In this document: piece after piece, positions 1 to 16,118 of the stretch
Position numbering within the stretch: position 1 is the stretch's first letter
Layout of the letters: the number at the start of each line of letters is the position of its first letter
Assembly (NCBI RefSeq): GCF_009914755.1
Contig: NC_060943.1
DNA: 64,000 nucleotides
Source of the DNA: the human T2T-CHM13v2.0 reference genome, Homo sapiens
Strand: one strand, 5' to 3'
The notes under the pieces: generated by a model
Seen by the model: the letters and a program-made list of their open reading frames with translations, nothing else
Database searches by the model: none
What the model was told of the DNA's origin: nothing
Position numbers and translations under genes: made by a program

Positions 1-102
1 CGTAAGTCTCCGTTTATTGAGACCACTGATTGGGTTTCAGAGAAGACTATAGCGTAAGTCTCTGTTTATTGAGACCACTGATTGGGTTTCAGAGAAGACT
101 AT
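1..102 (+). repeat. 52-bp tandem duplication containing a 5' splice site (C|GTAAGT); probable NLRP4 exon 5 donor at 2-7
   Basis: Unit cgtaagtctc(c/t)gtttattgagaccactgattgggtttcagagaagactat at 1 and 53. GC| plus the first G of the 5032 exon gives Ala, matching the remembered NLRP4 sequence KELA-LVNC. Confidence 0.75.
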
Positions 103-604
103 GTATTTCTTTTTGTGTTGGGGGAGGGGGCTGCATATTTGAAGACATCCACTTTTTCCTTCTATGATTTGTATGCAAACTTAGTTTCCTGAGAACTTGG
201 ATAGGGAAGTTAAAGTTTCCCAATTGATGTAGCCATTTCGGAAAACTGTGTGTATTCAGCCTTCATGGATTCTGGCAGATTATGTAACCCAATAATTCCA
301 CCTGGAGGTGCACATTCGACAGAGGGACCTGTCTCAGTTTGCTGAAAGACAGGCACTAAAGCATTCCCAGCAGGTGTTCATAATCTCTGAGAAGTGGAAA
401 TACCACTGACAGTAAGTTGGATAAGAAACCTGTGGTTACATGCTCCTGTTCCATGAGAAAGAACACTCTCGGTCGTATGCAAAAACCTGGACAAATCTCA
501 GACATTGTTGATGGCAATGAGCCAGACTCAAGAGTACATCCTATGGCTTTATTCCTGTGAAGTTCAAAGATGGACAAGGCTCTGGTGTTGGAGGTTCGGG
601 CAGT

Positions 605-990
605 GTATTCACACGTTCTCGCGCTGCTATAAAGACATACCTGAGACTGGGAATTTATAAATAAAAGAGGTGTAATTGGCTTATGGTTCTGAAGGATGTA
701 CAGGCTTCTGCTTCTGGGGAGGCCTCAGGAAACTTACAATGGTGGCAGAAGGCAAAGGGAAAGCAGGCACGTCTTACATGGGGGAGCAGGAAGAAGAGAG
801 AAGAGGGAGGCGCTACACAGTTCCAAGCAACCAGGTCGCGTGAGGACTCTGTCACAGGAACAGCTCTAGGGGATGGTGGTAAATCACTAGAAACCACCCC
901 CATGATTCCGTCACCCCCCAGGCCCCTCCTCCAACACTGGGATTACAGTTCGACGTGAGGGTTGGGTGGGGACACAGCCGAACCATATCA
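605..990 (-). mobile_element. MaLR solo LTR (MSTA/MSTB-like)
   Basis: ctgctataaagacatacctgagactggg ... ggggacacagccgaaccatatca, the reverse complement of the MST 5' end. Confidence 0.8.
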
Positions 991-1329
991 GACAGCGGTT
1001 ACTTTTGTTAAGATAGTGAAGGAGAGGGGTACAGGAGAATGATGAACCTGCTCTGTTTCTTGACCTGGATACTGGTAACTCAAGTGCCTTAAATTCATGA
1101 CAGTGCGTTGGCTGGCACTTAACCATTGTGTGTACTTTCCAGTATGTATGTTTTAATTCAAGCATTTTTATTTTTGCAATTAAATAAGGGTTTCCTGTAA
1201 ATACTTACCCTCTACTTACCTTCATTGGTACCCACACATTCAAATACTTCTCTATACTAGTCTTTGTTGGCCATTTTTCTGAGCTTGCATCAACCGAACA
1301 CAAAAAGACCCAAACCCTTTTTTAAAAAA

Positions 1330-3330
1330 TAACAACTTTATTGTGATATCCACATACCACAAAACATATACTTTTAAAGTATGTACTTCATATATTTTAA
1401 GAAATACTTTTAAAGTATAACTATGTTTTAAAATGTACAGTTTAGTGATCCTCATATATATTCATGAGGAAGTACAACCATCATGACTGATTTTAGAATG
1501 TTCTCATTACCTCAGAAAGAAACCCCATACCCATTAGCATTCACTCCTCACTCCCTTATCTCTCTGGTCCCTGGGAATTACTAACATACTTTCAGTCCTA
1601 TTGGATTTTCCTATCCCAGGCGTCTCATGTAAGTTGAATCACATGTGGTCTTTTGCGAATGGCTTACTTTCACTTAGCAAAATGTTTTCAAGGTTTATCC
1701 AAATTGTACCATGTATCAGTACTTCATTCCTTTTCTTGGCTAAATAGTATTCCACTGTGTAGATATTCCCCATTTTGTTCTTCTAGTCCTCTAGTGATGA
1801 ACACTTGGGTTGTTACCACCTTTTAGCTATTCTGAATAGTGCTCTATGAACACTCATGTGTGAACACCTGCTTTCAATCCTTTTGGACTTGTAACCAGGA
1901 GTAGACTTGCTAGGTCATATAGTAAATCCATATTTAACTGTTAGAGAAACCACCAAGTTATTTTCCTCAGTGACTGCACAATTCTGTATTCCTACCAGCA
2001 ATGTATGAGAGTTCTAATTTCTCCACATCTTTGCTTATTTTTTACTTATTTACTTATATTTTATTATTACTTATATTTACTTATTTTTTATTATACCCAT
2101 CCTAGTAGATGTGAAGGAGCATCTCATTGTGGTTTTGATTTGCTTTTCCTGAATGACTAATGATGAGCATCTTTTCCTGTGCTTTTTGATCATTTCTATA
2201 TCTTCTTTGGAGAAATATATATTCAAGTCCTTCACACATTTTTAAAAACTTTTATTTTACATTCAGGGGTACAGGTTTTTAAACATTTAAAAATTTTAAC
2301 ATTTAAACAACATTTTAAAAAACTTTTATTTTACATTCAGGGGTACAGGTTTATTATAAAAGTAAATGGCACGTCATGGAAGTTTGGTGTACAAATTATT
2401 TCGTCACCCGTTAATAAGCATAGTACCTGATAGGTAGATTTTTCTTCCCCACCTTCTTCCCACCCTCTGCTCTCAAGTAGGCCCTGGTGTCTGTTGTCCT
2501 TTTCTTCATGTCTATATGTACTCAGTGTTTAGCGTCCACTTATAAGTGAGAACATGTGATATTTGGATTTATGTTCCTGTGTTAGTTTGCTAAGGATAAT
2601 GGCCTCCAGCTCCATCCATGTTGCTACAAAGGACATCATCTTACTCTTTTTTATGGCTGCATAGTATTCCATGGTGTATATGTATCACATTTTCTTTATC
2701 TAGCCCACTGTTGATGGGTATTTAGGTGAATAGTGCTGTGATGAGCATACAAGTGCAGGTGTCTTTATAGTACAATGATTTATATTCCTTTGGGTATATA
2801 CCCAATAATGGGATTGCTGGGTTTGATGGTAGTTGTGTTTGAAGTTCTTTCAGAAATTGCCAAACTGCTTTCCATAATGGCTGAACTAATTTACATTCCT
2901 ACAAAAATGTGTAAGTGTACACTTTTCTCTGCAACCTCACCAGCATATATTATTTCTTGACTTTTTTTAATAATAGCCATTCTGACCTGTGTGAGATGGT
3001 ATCTCATTGCAGTTTTGATATGCATTTTTCTAATGATTAATGAGCATTTCTTCATATGGTTGTTGGCAACACCTTTGCACATTTTTAATTGGATTTTTTG
3101 CCTTTTTGTCAAGTTGTAAGTGTTCTTTATGTTTTCTGATTACAAGTTATATACGAGACGTACTTTGTGAATATTTTTTGCCATTCTGTGAGTTGTCGTT
3201 TCACTTTCTTAATGGTGTCCTTTGAAGCACAAAAGCTTCTAATCTGATGAGATGCACTTTATTTTTTTCTTTTGTCTCATGTGCTTTTGGTGCAATTGCT
3301 ACGAAACCATTGCCTAACCCAAATTCATTA
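1330..3330 (-). mobile_element. Nested degenerate L1 3' fragments (L1MB-like host with an L1PA/PB-like insert at ~2245-3060)
   Basis: Antisense L1 3'UTR/ORF2 motifs; ORF 2891..3112 resembles the L1 ORF2 C-terminus (MRYHLTQVRMAIIKK). Confidence 0.75.
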
Positions 3331-3374
3331 AGATTAACTTCTTTGTTTTCTTTTCTTTTTTTTTCCCCCAAATT

Positions 3375-3655
3375 TGAGATGAGTCTCACTCTGTCACCCA
3401 GGCTGGAGTGCAGTGGTACAATCTCAGTTCACTAAAACCTCCGCCTCCTGGGTTCAAGTGATTCTTCTGCCTCAGCCTCCTGAGTAGCTGGGACTACAGG
3501 TGCCCACCACCATGCCCAGCTAATTTTTGTATTTTTAGTAGAGATGGGGTTTCACCATGCTGGTCAGGATGGCCTTGATCTCTTGACCTCATGTTCCGCC
3601 CTCCTTGGCCTCCCAAAGTGCTGGAATTACAGGCTTGAGCCACCACGCCCGGCCG
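3375..3655 (-). mobile_element. Alu
   Basis: Antisense Alu consensus. Confidence 0.9.
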
Positions 3656-4285
3656 CACCAACCTATATCTTAAATCTAGAAAGAACATTAAAAGCATGCA
3701 TGGCCTCAGAGCCCTGCTGCAGAGGCGTGAGGAGCCATGGACTCGGTGACTTGCCAATTCCACATTTATTTCTGGACAACTCCCATAATGGCTTTCATCT
3801 TTATTCTGTTGTCTCTGAGCTTATTTTTTGTGGCAACCAGAGGTAAGGAGAGTGGTTGAGGTAATAGAAAACCACACAGTTAAACCACACAGTTGTGAGG
3901 CAACACAAATCAACTCAAGCCACCAAAAAAGGAGTCCTAGGGGACTCGGGTTCAAGGCTTCTTCCATGTTCTTTGAGGAGATATTACTTGAGCAGAGACC
4001 TGAATGATAAAGATGCATCTAACCACAGGCCAGAAAAAGAGCATTCCACTTGGCGGGCACACATGCAAAATAGCCCAAGTTGAGTAAAGGAGCCACTAGA
4101 CACGAGTTTGGGGAGGATCAAACATGAATAATATCTTAGAGAATGAAACCTGTGTTGTCAAGCAACTGAAAAAGAACCAGGGTGGCTGGGACATGGGGAC
4201 TTGGGAATGGGTAGGACCCTTGTGGATCATGTTGTATATTTTGGGATTTTCTCCAAGTGCAGTGAGATAAGTTACTGGGGGAGGC

Positions 4286-4882
4286 TAAGCCAAGCATGCA
4301 TATAACTGACACTGTGCGTCTCAGGTTGGCTGTCTCTGTACCCCAGAGACCGTAAGCCAAGCATGCATATAACTGAGACGGTGCATCTCAGGTTGGCTGT
4401 CTCTGTACCCCAGAGACCATAAGCCAAGCATGCATATAACTGAGACGGTGCATCTCAGGTTGGCTGTCTCTGTACCCCAGAGACCATAAGCCAAGCATGC
4501 ATATAACTGAGACAGTGCATATCAGGTTGGCTGTCTCTGTACCCCGGAGGCCATAAGTCAAGCATGCATATAACAGATGGTGCGTCTCAGGTTGGCTGTC
4601 TCTGTACCCCAGAGACCGTAAGCCAAGTGTGCATGTAACTGAGACTGTGTCTCAGGTTGGCTGTCTCTGTACCCTAGAGACTGTAAGCCAAGCATGCATA
4701 TAACTGAGACTGTGTGTCTCAGGTTGGCTGTCTCTGTACCCCAGAGACCGTAAGCCAAGCATACGTATAACTGAGATGGTGCATCTCAGGTTGGCTGTCT
4801 CTGTACCCCAGAGACCGTAAGCCAAGCATGCATATAACTGAGACTGTGCATCTCAGGTTGGCTGTCTCTGTACCCCAGAGAC
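4286..4882 (+). repeat. Minisatellite, ~67-bp unit x ~9
   Basis: Unit aagccaagcatgcatataactgagacggtgcatctcaggttggctgtctctgtaccccagagacc(g/a)t; unit starts at 4421 and 4488. Confidence 0.95.
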
Positions 4883-5031
4883 TGGGTTGACAGGGATCAA
4901 GAACAGGGTTGGGAGGCAGTGAGCCTCTCAAGGACAGCAAATGTGGGCTTCCCGACTCTGACAGGATTGGCAAGAGGAATGAGTCCAGGAACTAGAAACC
5001 AACAGAATGTGACATTTTCCCTTTCCTGCAG

Positions 5032-5199
5032 GCTGGTAAATTGTCACCTCTCACCCATTGATTGTGAAGTCCTTGCTGGCCTTCTAACCAACAACAAGAA
5101 GCTGACGTATCTGAATGTATCCTGCAACCAGTTAGACACAGGCGTGCCCCTTTTGTGTGAAGCCCTGTGCAGCCCAGACACGGTCCTGGTATACCTGAT
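5032..5199 (+). CDS. NLRP4: NLRP4 LRR exon (exon 6), 168 nt
   Basis: ttcctgcag|G ... AT|gtgagt; LVNCHLSPIDCEVLAGLLTNNKKLTYLNVSCNQLDTGVPLLCEALCSPDTVLVYLM, ribonuclease-inhibitor-like LRR. Confidence 0.95.
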
Positions 5200-5824
5200 G
5201 TGAGTGGATGTTGGGGGTGCCTACTGTGGAGGGCCATGGCGGCAGTTCAAACCTGGGCCTATTGATGACAGTCTGCTCATTGATGGAGGCCACATAGCGG
5301 AGGTTTAAAAGCTCACGCTTAAGAATCAGAAAAGACTTGAGTTCTAGTTCAGGATTTACCACGTATATACTGTCTTCTTAAGCAAAATATTTAACTTAGA
5401 AGCAGAGGAAAATCCTGTCTTAGAGGTCTTATGGCTATCAAGTGAGACTGTCTATACAGAACACGTACTGCGTTTCAAAGCTGTTAGGTTGGGTTAATGC
5501 ACCTGCAACACACATGGTACTTCCCGTGTTGATAACGGTTATTTCGAGCATGTAGAATAGACTTGGTGGGTACTCAGGACAGTAGCGGGGAAAAATGTCT
5601 ATGGGCCTCTTGACCCCAGTTAATACTATAATACATGTGATGTTCTTGCAGTAATAGGATGAGAAGAGGCTATTCAAGCCAGTTTTAGGGTACGTAAAAC
5701 ACAGAAGGAAGACAGATGAGTAAGTGTTAAAGGCCAATTGATTTACCTATTAATGGAATTCTAATACCTTTAGGTGATACTTATACAAAAGGGGAGAGGA
5801 CAGGAGAATATATATGCATTTGTG

Positions 5825-6048
<224 letters not shown>

Positions 6049-6495
6049 GTGTGTCTATTTTTTAAATACACAAATATCATTGGAAGAAATAGTATTATAA
6101 TATAGGCTGCCTGTGAGAAATAGAACTGAGAAGCTGGGAGATAGGGGAGGATGGAGATTTTTCCCTCTTTATACTTTTGGGCATTTTGAAATATGAACAA
6201 CATGAAAGTAAGAGTATTCTGAAAATGTCAAGAAAATGAGAGGATTTATACCTCGAGCTAAAATAGAGGGACAGGGACAGGACTTAACCTCCCACCTAAA
6301 ACAACCAAAAATAACCAACTAAATAAAACAACTGTTTAAGACTTCAGACATCAGGCAATGAAGGACAGTGGTGCCTGAGTGATAAGGGACAAACAGGTGA
6401 GTCCTAGAATTGTCCCAGGTAACTATCTGGAGAGAGATTTCAGGATGCAGTTCAGGAAGGGGAACCCACATGGAAGTTGGTAGACTCTGTGAGTT

Positions 6496-6725
<230 letters not shown>

Positions 6726-7130
6726 AACAAAGTCCACAAATGCCTGGATATGCCAGAAAATTGAGATCCGTGAGAGAAGCAAGCTGGGTGAGGCCTCCGT
6801 GGAAATGCAGATCTTGTGTCTGTCAACAGGAAGCAGTTGCCCGTTCTGTCCTAGCCTGTTGGATTTCCATGTGGGAATGCGGCTCATTATTGCCAGATAT
6901 CCCAGTTTTCAACAGAGGTTGAAATCTAGATTTTACATACAATTTTACTGATGGTTATATATTGCCAACTGATTTTGTTAAACATAAAAATGCCAGGAAA
7001 TTTAAATATCCGTAGGCCATATGTGGTTCGTTCATCACTAGCTTGCACCGTCTGCTTTTTTGTTTTTCTCTACTCCACACTTTTTTTTCGAAGTCAACAT
7101 GGATCCTTAAAAAAAAAAAAATTCATAAAC

Positions 7131-7514
<384 letters not shown>

Positions 7515-7620
7515 TTACCAGTCCATGAGGGAGCGGTCTCAGAAGGTCCATGTCTTGTCCAAGGACATCATCAGATGAAGAATTAGAACCAAAATTAAAG
7601 CCCTGTTAGAGTATTAGCTA

Positions 7621-8000
<380 letters not shown>

Positions 8001-8151
8001 GAGAGGAGGTGTTTTCAGATAATCCAGAACTTCATCTCAGCTGGGGAGTTTGTAAGATTATAGAAATATTACCCTGAATGTGAAATTAAGCAAATCTCCC
8101 TGAGACACCACGTCCCTCTTCACTCTCCTTCTCGTGTTTTTGTCCCCATAG

Positions 8152-8322
8152 GTTGGCTTTCTGCCACCTCAGCGAGCAGTGCTGCGAATACATCTCTGAA
8201 ATGCTTCTGCGTAACAAGAGCGTGCGCTATCTAGACCTCAGTGCCAATGTCCTGAAGGACGAAGGACTGAAAACTCTCTGCGAGGCCTTGAAACATCCGG
8301 ACTGCTGCCTGGATTCACTGTG
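8152..8322 (+). CDS. NLRP4: NLRP4 LRR exon (exon 7), 171 nt
   Basis: ccccatag|G ... TG|gtaggc; LAFCHLSEQCCEYISEMLLRNKSVRYLDLSANVLKDEGLKTLCEALKHPDCCLDSLC (translated by hand, not in the ORF track). Confidence 0.95.
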
Positions 8323-9171
8323 GTAGGCTTTTTGCTGTTTCTTTGAAGACCAAGCCGTCTTTTCAAGGGCATGCACTGCTGAGAATGGGGCATCTGGAAT
8401 TGAGGAAGGCTGTAGTGTCTGTGCCTGGGCATGTGAAGGTTTAAAAAATACTTGCTTCAGATTCTTGTCGAGACGTTCATGTAAACAAATCAGCACCCTG
8501 ACTTCTGTGGCATGGATTTAATATGTTGCAAAGAGTTCTCCAGTGGCATATAGGTAGAGGACTGAGAGAGCCGGAATTAGGTCGGGACCTGAGGGGCAAT
8601 TTCATGGCGAAGATGATATTTGGTGTGTGTTCTACAAAATGAATGCACTTCATCAGGTGCAAAAATAAAGCCAAAATTCCAGGTAGAAGGGTAAAACGTG
8701 AAGGTGGGAGATCCAAAAATACACGTGAGAATTAATGTGTGTAACAGAGAATGCTTTAGAAGAAGACAAAGGGTAGCATGAGATGAGCCAGAAAGGAGAT
8801 GGTGAAAAGACTTAATTTCATGTTATCAAATAGAGAAATATCTGGGTAACCCCTGTAGCGGCGGTGGCAGTGTTTTTAGAATTACCAGTTAGGATAACAT
8901 GTTGTTATGTATTTTCCCTGAAAAATACAGAGGCTTCTGAAATCTGGCAGCGTGATTTTTACCTAATCCATTAGGAAATCAGTTTAGGATTTTGTATTCC
9001 TCACTTGAAGAGTATGTTAAATAACATAACAAAAACACCAGATGCATTCTTTCTCTCCCAGTAGTGCGTTAGGCTATCTGGGCCAATCGTTGGCACTGAA
9101 AGACACCAAAAACATCAGATACAATATTAAGAAAAAATTTAAAAGCATCTAGAAGCTAAACAGAAATAATC

Positions 9172-9650
<479 letters not shown>

Positions 9651-9699
9651 TCAGCTTATTCCTAAAAGGATTTTTTAAGGTCAGTAAATACCACACAGT

Positions 9700-12600
9700 T
9701 AAAATAACCCAACCCACAAGGAAATAAAGCTCATTGAGCCAAGGACAAGTCAAAATACAAACAGCTACCAAACTATCTAATTATCTATAAAGCTATTATA
9801 CTTACTATGTTTACAGAAAAATAACAAGTTTGAATCTTAGGGAAAAGGAGATGAAATGAGCAAATAATACAACTAGAAATTATAAATATAATAACTGACT
9901 ATATGGGGTGAATAGTAGATTAGACATAATTAAAGAAAAAATTAGTAAAATGGAAGATAGGTTACAATTACCTAGAAAGCAGCATGAAAACAGAAAAATA
10001 GGTAAATCATAGAAGAGGGTATAAGACTTAGATGATTAAGATGTTCTAACACACTTACTGGGAATCGCGGAAAGAGAAAATATTTTAAGAAGACTGAAAT
10101 TTTTCTGTAACCAATGAAAGATTCCAATTCAGATTCAAGCATCCAAATAAGCGCTTAACAGGATAAATAGTGGAGAAACTGCAGAACACCAGATATAAAG
10201 ATGTTGGTCTGTAAAGATTTAACAAGGGGCTGGGAGCTTGGGGCGGGGGGAAGTGATATCTACAAGAAAGGAGACAGACTTGGGTGAAGAGTAATAGTGG
10301 AAACCAGAGGGCTGTACAGTGAGATATTCAGTATGGCGGGGAGACAGGAGGGTGGATTGTCAACCTAGAATTCTATAGCCACCAAAAACTATCAAGAATG
10401 AGGATAAAAACACATTTTCAAATAAATACCAAGTTTCTTACCACCAGATCCTTCCTAAAAGTAATTCTAAAGACTGTTCCTTAGACAGAAGTAAATCATT
10501 CCAGATGGAAGAGAGATAGAGCAAAGAGAGGGGTAGATCTTTGGATAAATCTAAACAAAATGTGGATTGTGTATAAAAATAATACCATCTTGAAGATTTA
10601 ATGGAAAACATATACAACAGCCATAACAAAATATAAAGGGGTAAATTAAGGTGAATACTCAAATTAGCAGAAAAGAGGAGACAGAATGATTAAAAAATTC
10701 CCGATCCAAAAAAGAACAAGGAAACAAAAATTGAACAGGTAAGAAAATATGAAACAAGATATATATTTGAATTCAAATATGCTAGTAATTAAACGAACAG
10801 ATTAAATGTTTCAGCTAAAAGATTGCCATATTAAAACGTAACTAATGTTTATAAGTTACTTATTAAAACGTGAGGTTGTGGTTGTACAACATTGTGAACT
10901 GTAGTAAGTGCCACTGAACTGTTCACTTTAATATAGTTAATCTTAAGTAAATTTTACCTCAATAAAATGATGAAAATGAAAGGATAGAAAAAAAGACCAC
11001 GCAAATACTAAAAGGAAGCTTACGCAACTGTATGAATCAGACAAAATAGAATTTAAGACAAAGTATTATTCGGTTCATGCTAATTTTTAAATTATCTTCC
11101 TACTCAGTTGAACTTTAAATCTTACAAGGTGAACATAATTACTTCCCATATAGAGTCCAGGAATCTAAGAGAAATCATAATGGAAATTAGAACATATGTT
11201 GAAATGAAAAAGGAATATACTTTGCAACAAACTCAGATGGAGCTGTAGTGCATGTATATATTTTAAAAGGAATCTAAAGAATAATGAACTTAAGGATTTT
11301 TTTAATGGTAAAATAAACCCCCTAAAGGATGGAAGGAAATAAAAATAAGGACAGAAACTAATGAAACAAAAATCACAATGGAAAAGATCAGAAACCTGCA
11401 GGGTGGTTCTTGGAAAAAACAGTTTTTGTTAATGCCATCCTATAGAATATAATGCAAGCCACACATGTAATATTAAATTTTCAAGTAGCCATATTAAAAG
11501 TGATGTAATATTTGAAAGTAATTTTATAAGTAAATATTTGAAACTAATTTTAATAATATAGTTTATTTAGCCATATATCAAACATCACTTCAATATGTAA
11601 TCAGTACAAAAAATTACTAATGAGAGATTTTACTTTTTTGTATTAACTCTCTAAGGTTCACTATGTATTTTATACTATGGCACATCTAGATTCAGACAAG
11701 CTACATTCCAAGTGCTCAGTGGTCACACGTGGCTGGCTATCACACTGAAGAGTGCAGGTCTATGTCAAGAATGGGAAAAGAAACATTACTACAGATGCTA
11801 CAGATATTAAAAAGATTACATATGAGCAACTTTACACAATAAACTTGAAAATTTAGATATTTTCAAGACTCAATAAGCTTCTAAAATGATAGAACCTAAA
11901 TGTACTCAAGAGAAAAGAAAAATGAATCAGTCAAATCTTTTTATATAGAAAATTCCAGGCTTAGAAGCCTTCATTGGTGATTCTTACCAGACATTCAAAG
12001 AATAAATAATTCCACTCTTACATCAGCTTTTTCAGGATCAGAAGAGGAGAAACTCCCCACCATTTTTTGTGGCTAGCATAATCTTGATGCCAGAAACCAA
12101 TAAGAATTTTATTGGTTGTAATATAATCCTTACAATTTTTGTAAGAAAGCAGAATTAAAGGCTAGTGTCATTCATGAAATGCAAAAACACTGAACAGAAT
12201 ATTAGCAAGCAGAATCCATAAATGTATTAAAAGAATAAACATAATGACTAAGTTGGGCTTATCCCCAAAATGTAAAGTTGCTTTAACATTAAAAAGATTA
12301 GTAAAAAAATCAATGTAAATCACTTTACTGGTTAAAAATAAAAATCATGATCTAAAATGCAGAAAAGTTTGAATTAAGACATACAATTCTTGAAAAACTA
12401 TTTGGGAACTTCCTTGATGATCTAAAGAATATGTTCAAAAAAATCTAAAGCAAACATTTGTCTAATGATGAGAGAAAAGCTTTCTCTTCAATATCATGAA
12501 AAAGATAAGAACGGTGGCTATAATCACTTCTAGTCAACAGTGTCCTGAAAATCTTAGCAAATGCTTCAAGGTAAGAAAAACACTAAACCTGTAATCTTTG

Positions 12601-13070
12601 AAGAAACACCTAATTCTATACAGATGATTTGAATGTACATAGAAAAATCCAAGAAAATCTGTAGCTAAGTTATCAGAATTAGTCTAACAAGCTTGCTTGA
12701 AACAATATATCAAAAACAGTTACTGATATACCAACAAGAAGTAATAAGCTAGTGGAATTAAATAAAAGTACCTTTTACAGTAACATAAAAAAGAAATTAC
12801 CTAGAAATAGCTACTGTGATATATGTGAGACTTTTGTAGAGAATATGATCAAATTATGGTATAAAACAATGTTATATTCAAAGATTGAAATATTCAGTAT
12901 CTAAAAAGTCAGTTTTCTGTAAGTTGAATTCATTTGCTTTCATGAAATCCCAGTGAAAATGCGATGTTTTTGTTTGGTGATTGAGTTGAACTTGAAAAGT
13001 AAATTTTAAAATGTGTATGGAACTTGCAAGAGGCCAAGAATACCTAAGAAACACCTAAAATATAAAAAGT
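9700..13070 (+). mobile_element. Old, highly degenerate L1M fragments, with a MER33-like DNA element at ~11420-11760
   Basis: Long A-rich stretch with recognisable L1 ORF1/ORF2 remnants and no long ORF. Confidence 0.6.
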
Positions 13071-13071
13071 G

Positions 13072-13506
<435 letters not shown>

Positions 13507-13584
13507 TCAGATGTCGCATCATGGAATAGCGTATCACTGGTGCAGAGAGAGGATAGACCTCCAACAAACGATGCTGAGACAATT

Positions 13585-14215
<631 letters not shown>

Positions 14216-14320
14216 CCTATCCACATGAATGACAAAGGCTGTCGTGCTTTGGTGTCTCTTTTCCTGATATTAGACTGAGGTGTAATAGCCTTTAAGCATG
14301 GTACCCTTACTCCTTTGCAG

Positions 14321-14491
14321 TTTGGTAAAATGTTTTATCACTGCTGCTGGCTGTGAAGACCTCGCCTCTGCTCTCATCAGCAATCAAAACCTGAAGATTC
14401 TGCAAATTGGGTGCAATGAAATCGGAGATGTGGGTGTGCAGCTGTTGTGTCGGGCTCTGACGCATACGGATTGCCGCTTAGAGATTCTTGG
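14321..14491 (+). CDS. NLRP4: NLRP4 LRR exon (exon 8), 171 nt
   Basis: cctttgcag|T ... GG|gtgggt; LVKCFITAAGCEDLASALISNQNLKILQIGCNEIGDVGVQLLCRALTHTDCRLEILG. Confidence 0.95.
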
Positions 14492-14874
14492 GTGGGTATC
14501 GCCAAGCTCCTGGTTATGTTTTCATGAGTGGCAAAGACGGAAAATGGATGGGAAGAAAGAGAAAGATGAAAACTCCAACAGGACCACATAGCAGCTAGCT
14601 GTGGTTGCATCATGAACCAGTGTAAAACTTCAGGGCTTAAGGCAATGAGAAGTTAGATTGCTGCTGGCTCTGCTTGTCTGGGCAGGCGTCACTGACCTCA
14701 GCCAGGTGTGCTTAGGAAGCTGTGGTTAACTGAGGGATTGGCTGGTTTGGGTTGACCTTGCTATATGGTATGGAGGTTGGCTGGCTGGGTTGGCTGTCCC
14801 CTTGGGGATGACAGGTGTAACTGGGCCACGTCTCATTATCTAACTGGTTGGCCTGGGCTCATTGACATGGCATC

Positions 14875-15280
14875 TGTATCAGTTTGCCAGGGTTTAAAAA
14901 GTAGCATGGACTGGGTGGCTTAGGTAATGAATTTATCACTTCACGGTTATGGAGGCTGAAAGTCTGAGATCAAAGTGTCAGCAGAGTTGGCTCCTTCTGA
15001 AGGCCATGAGGGAGAATCTGCTTCAGGCCCTTCTTGTCTTGTCGATAACCATCTGTCTTCTCCCTGTGTCTTCATGTTCTCTTCCCTCTGTGTGTGTGTG
15101 TCTAAATTTCCTCTTATAAGAACACCAGTCATATGATTAGAATCCCCCCAGTGTCCTCATTTTAGCTTAATTGCCTCTATAAAGACCTTGTATCCAAATA
15201 TGATCACATTTTGGGGTACTGGGGTTTAGGACTTCAACGTATAAATTTTGGCAGGGACAGAAATGAGCCCATAGCAGCAT
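14875..15280 (-). mobile_element. MLT1 (MaLR) LTR
   Basis: ggaggctgaaagtctgagatcaaagtgtcagcagagttggctccttctgaaggcc is typical of MLT1B/C. Confidence 0.7.
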
Positions 15281-15321
15281 CTCAGGAGTTCAAGAGATGA
15301 AGTATAGAAAACATCCAAGAT

Positions 15322-15750
15322 CACCAGGTGTGATAGCTTAGTCCTGCAGTCCCAGCACTAAAGGAGCCTGAGGCAAGCCAATAGCTTGAGGCTAGGAGTT
15401 CAAGAACAGGCTGGGCAACATGGTAAAACCCCATCTCCATAAAAATTAGCCAGGCGTGGTGCATGCCTGTAGCCCCAGTTACTCAGGAGGCTGAGGAAGG
15501 AAAATTGCTAGAACCCAGGAGGTCAAGGCTGCAATGAGCCATGATCATGCCACTGCACTTCAGCCGGGATGACAGAAACCCCATCTCCACAAAAATTAGC
15601 CCGCAGGCGTGGTGCTTGCCTGTAGTCCCAGCTACTCAGGAGGCTGAGGCAGGAAAATTGCTAGAACCCAGCAGGTCAAGGCTGCAGTGAGCCATGGTCA
15701 TGCTGCTGCACTTCAGCCAGGATGACAGAGACCCCATCTCCAAAGAAGAA
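15322..15750 (+). mobile_element. AluJ-like element with tandemly duplicated right monomer
   Basis: Two ~160-bp right-arm copies sharing ggaaaattgctagaaccca and cacttcagcc.ggatgacaga. Confidence 0.85.
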
Positions 15751-16118
15751 AAACACCCAAAATGGTGGCTCAGAACTCTCCTAATCTTGCTTCCATTGTT
15801 ATATTAACCAAAAAAAGGTATGAAGCCGTCTCAGATGTTATATTATCCAAAGCAAGGTATGAAGCCGGAAATAGACTCTGTTAGTGGAATGAGCTGCAAA
15901 GTCACATTGCTGTGGGTAGGGATACAGAGAAGAATGGACACTTATGGCTACTTTTACCACCTACCCACAGACGCGTGATCTGAGGTCGTAAACACTGGAC
16001 TGTGAGAGATTGCACTTGAGGCAATGGGGTGTGCCTCAACTAGACGTCTAGCTCACATCCCATCCTACCTCCACCCTGAGGCTGGGGCCGCATCTTACCA
16101 TGTGTCTTTTTATTGCAG

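Noticed and set aside
4136-4973. Repetitive ORFs (AYGLWGTETANLR...) and a CRISPR-like look
   Set aside because: These are translations of a head-to-tail minisatellite with no unique spacers, in a eukaryotic intron.
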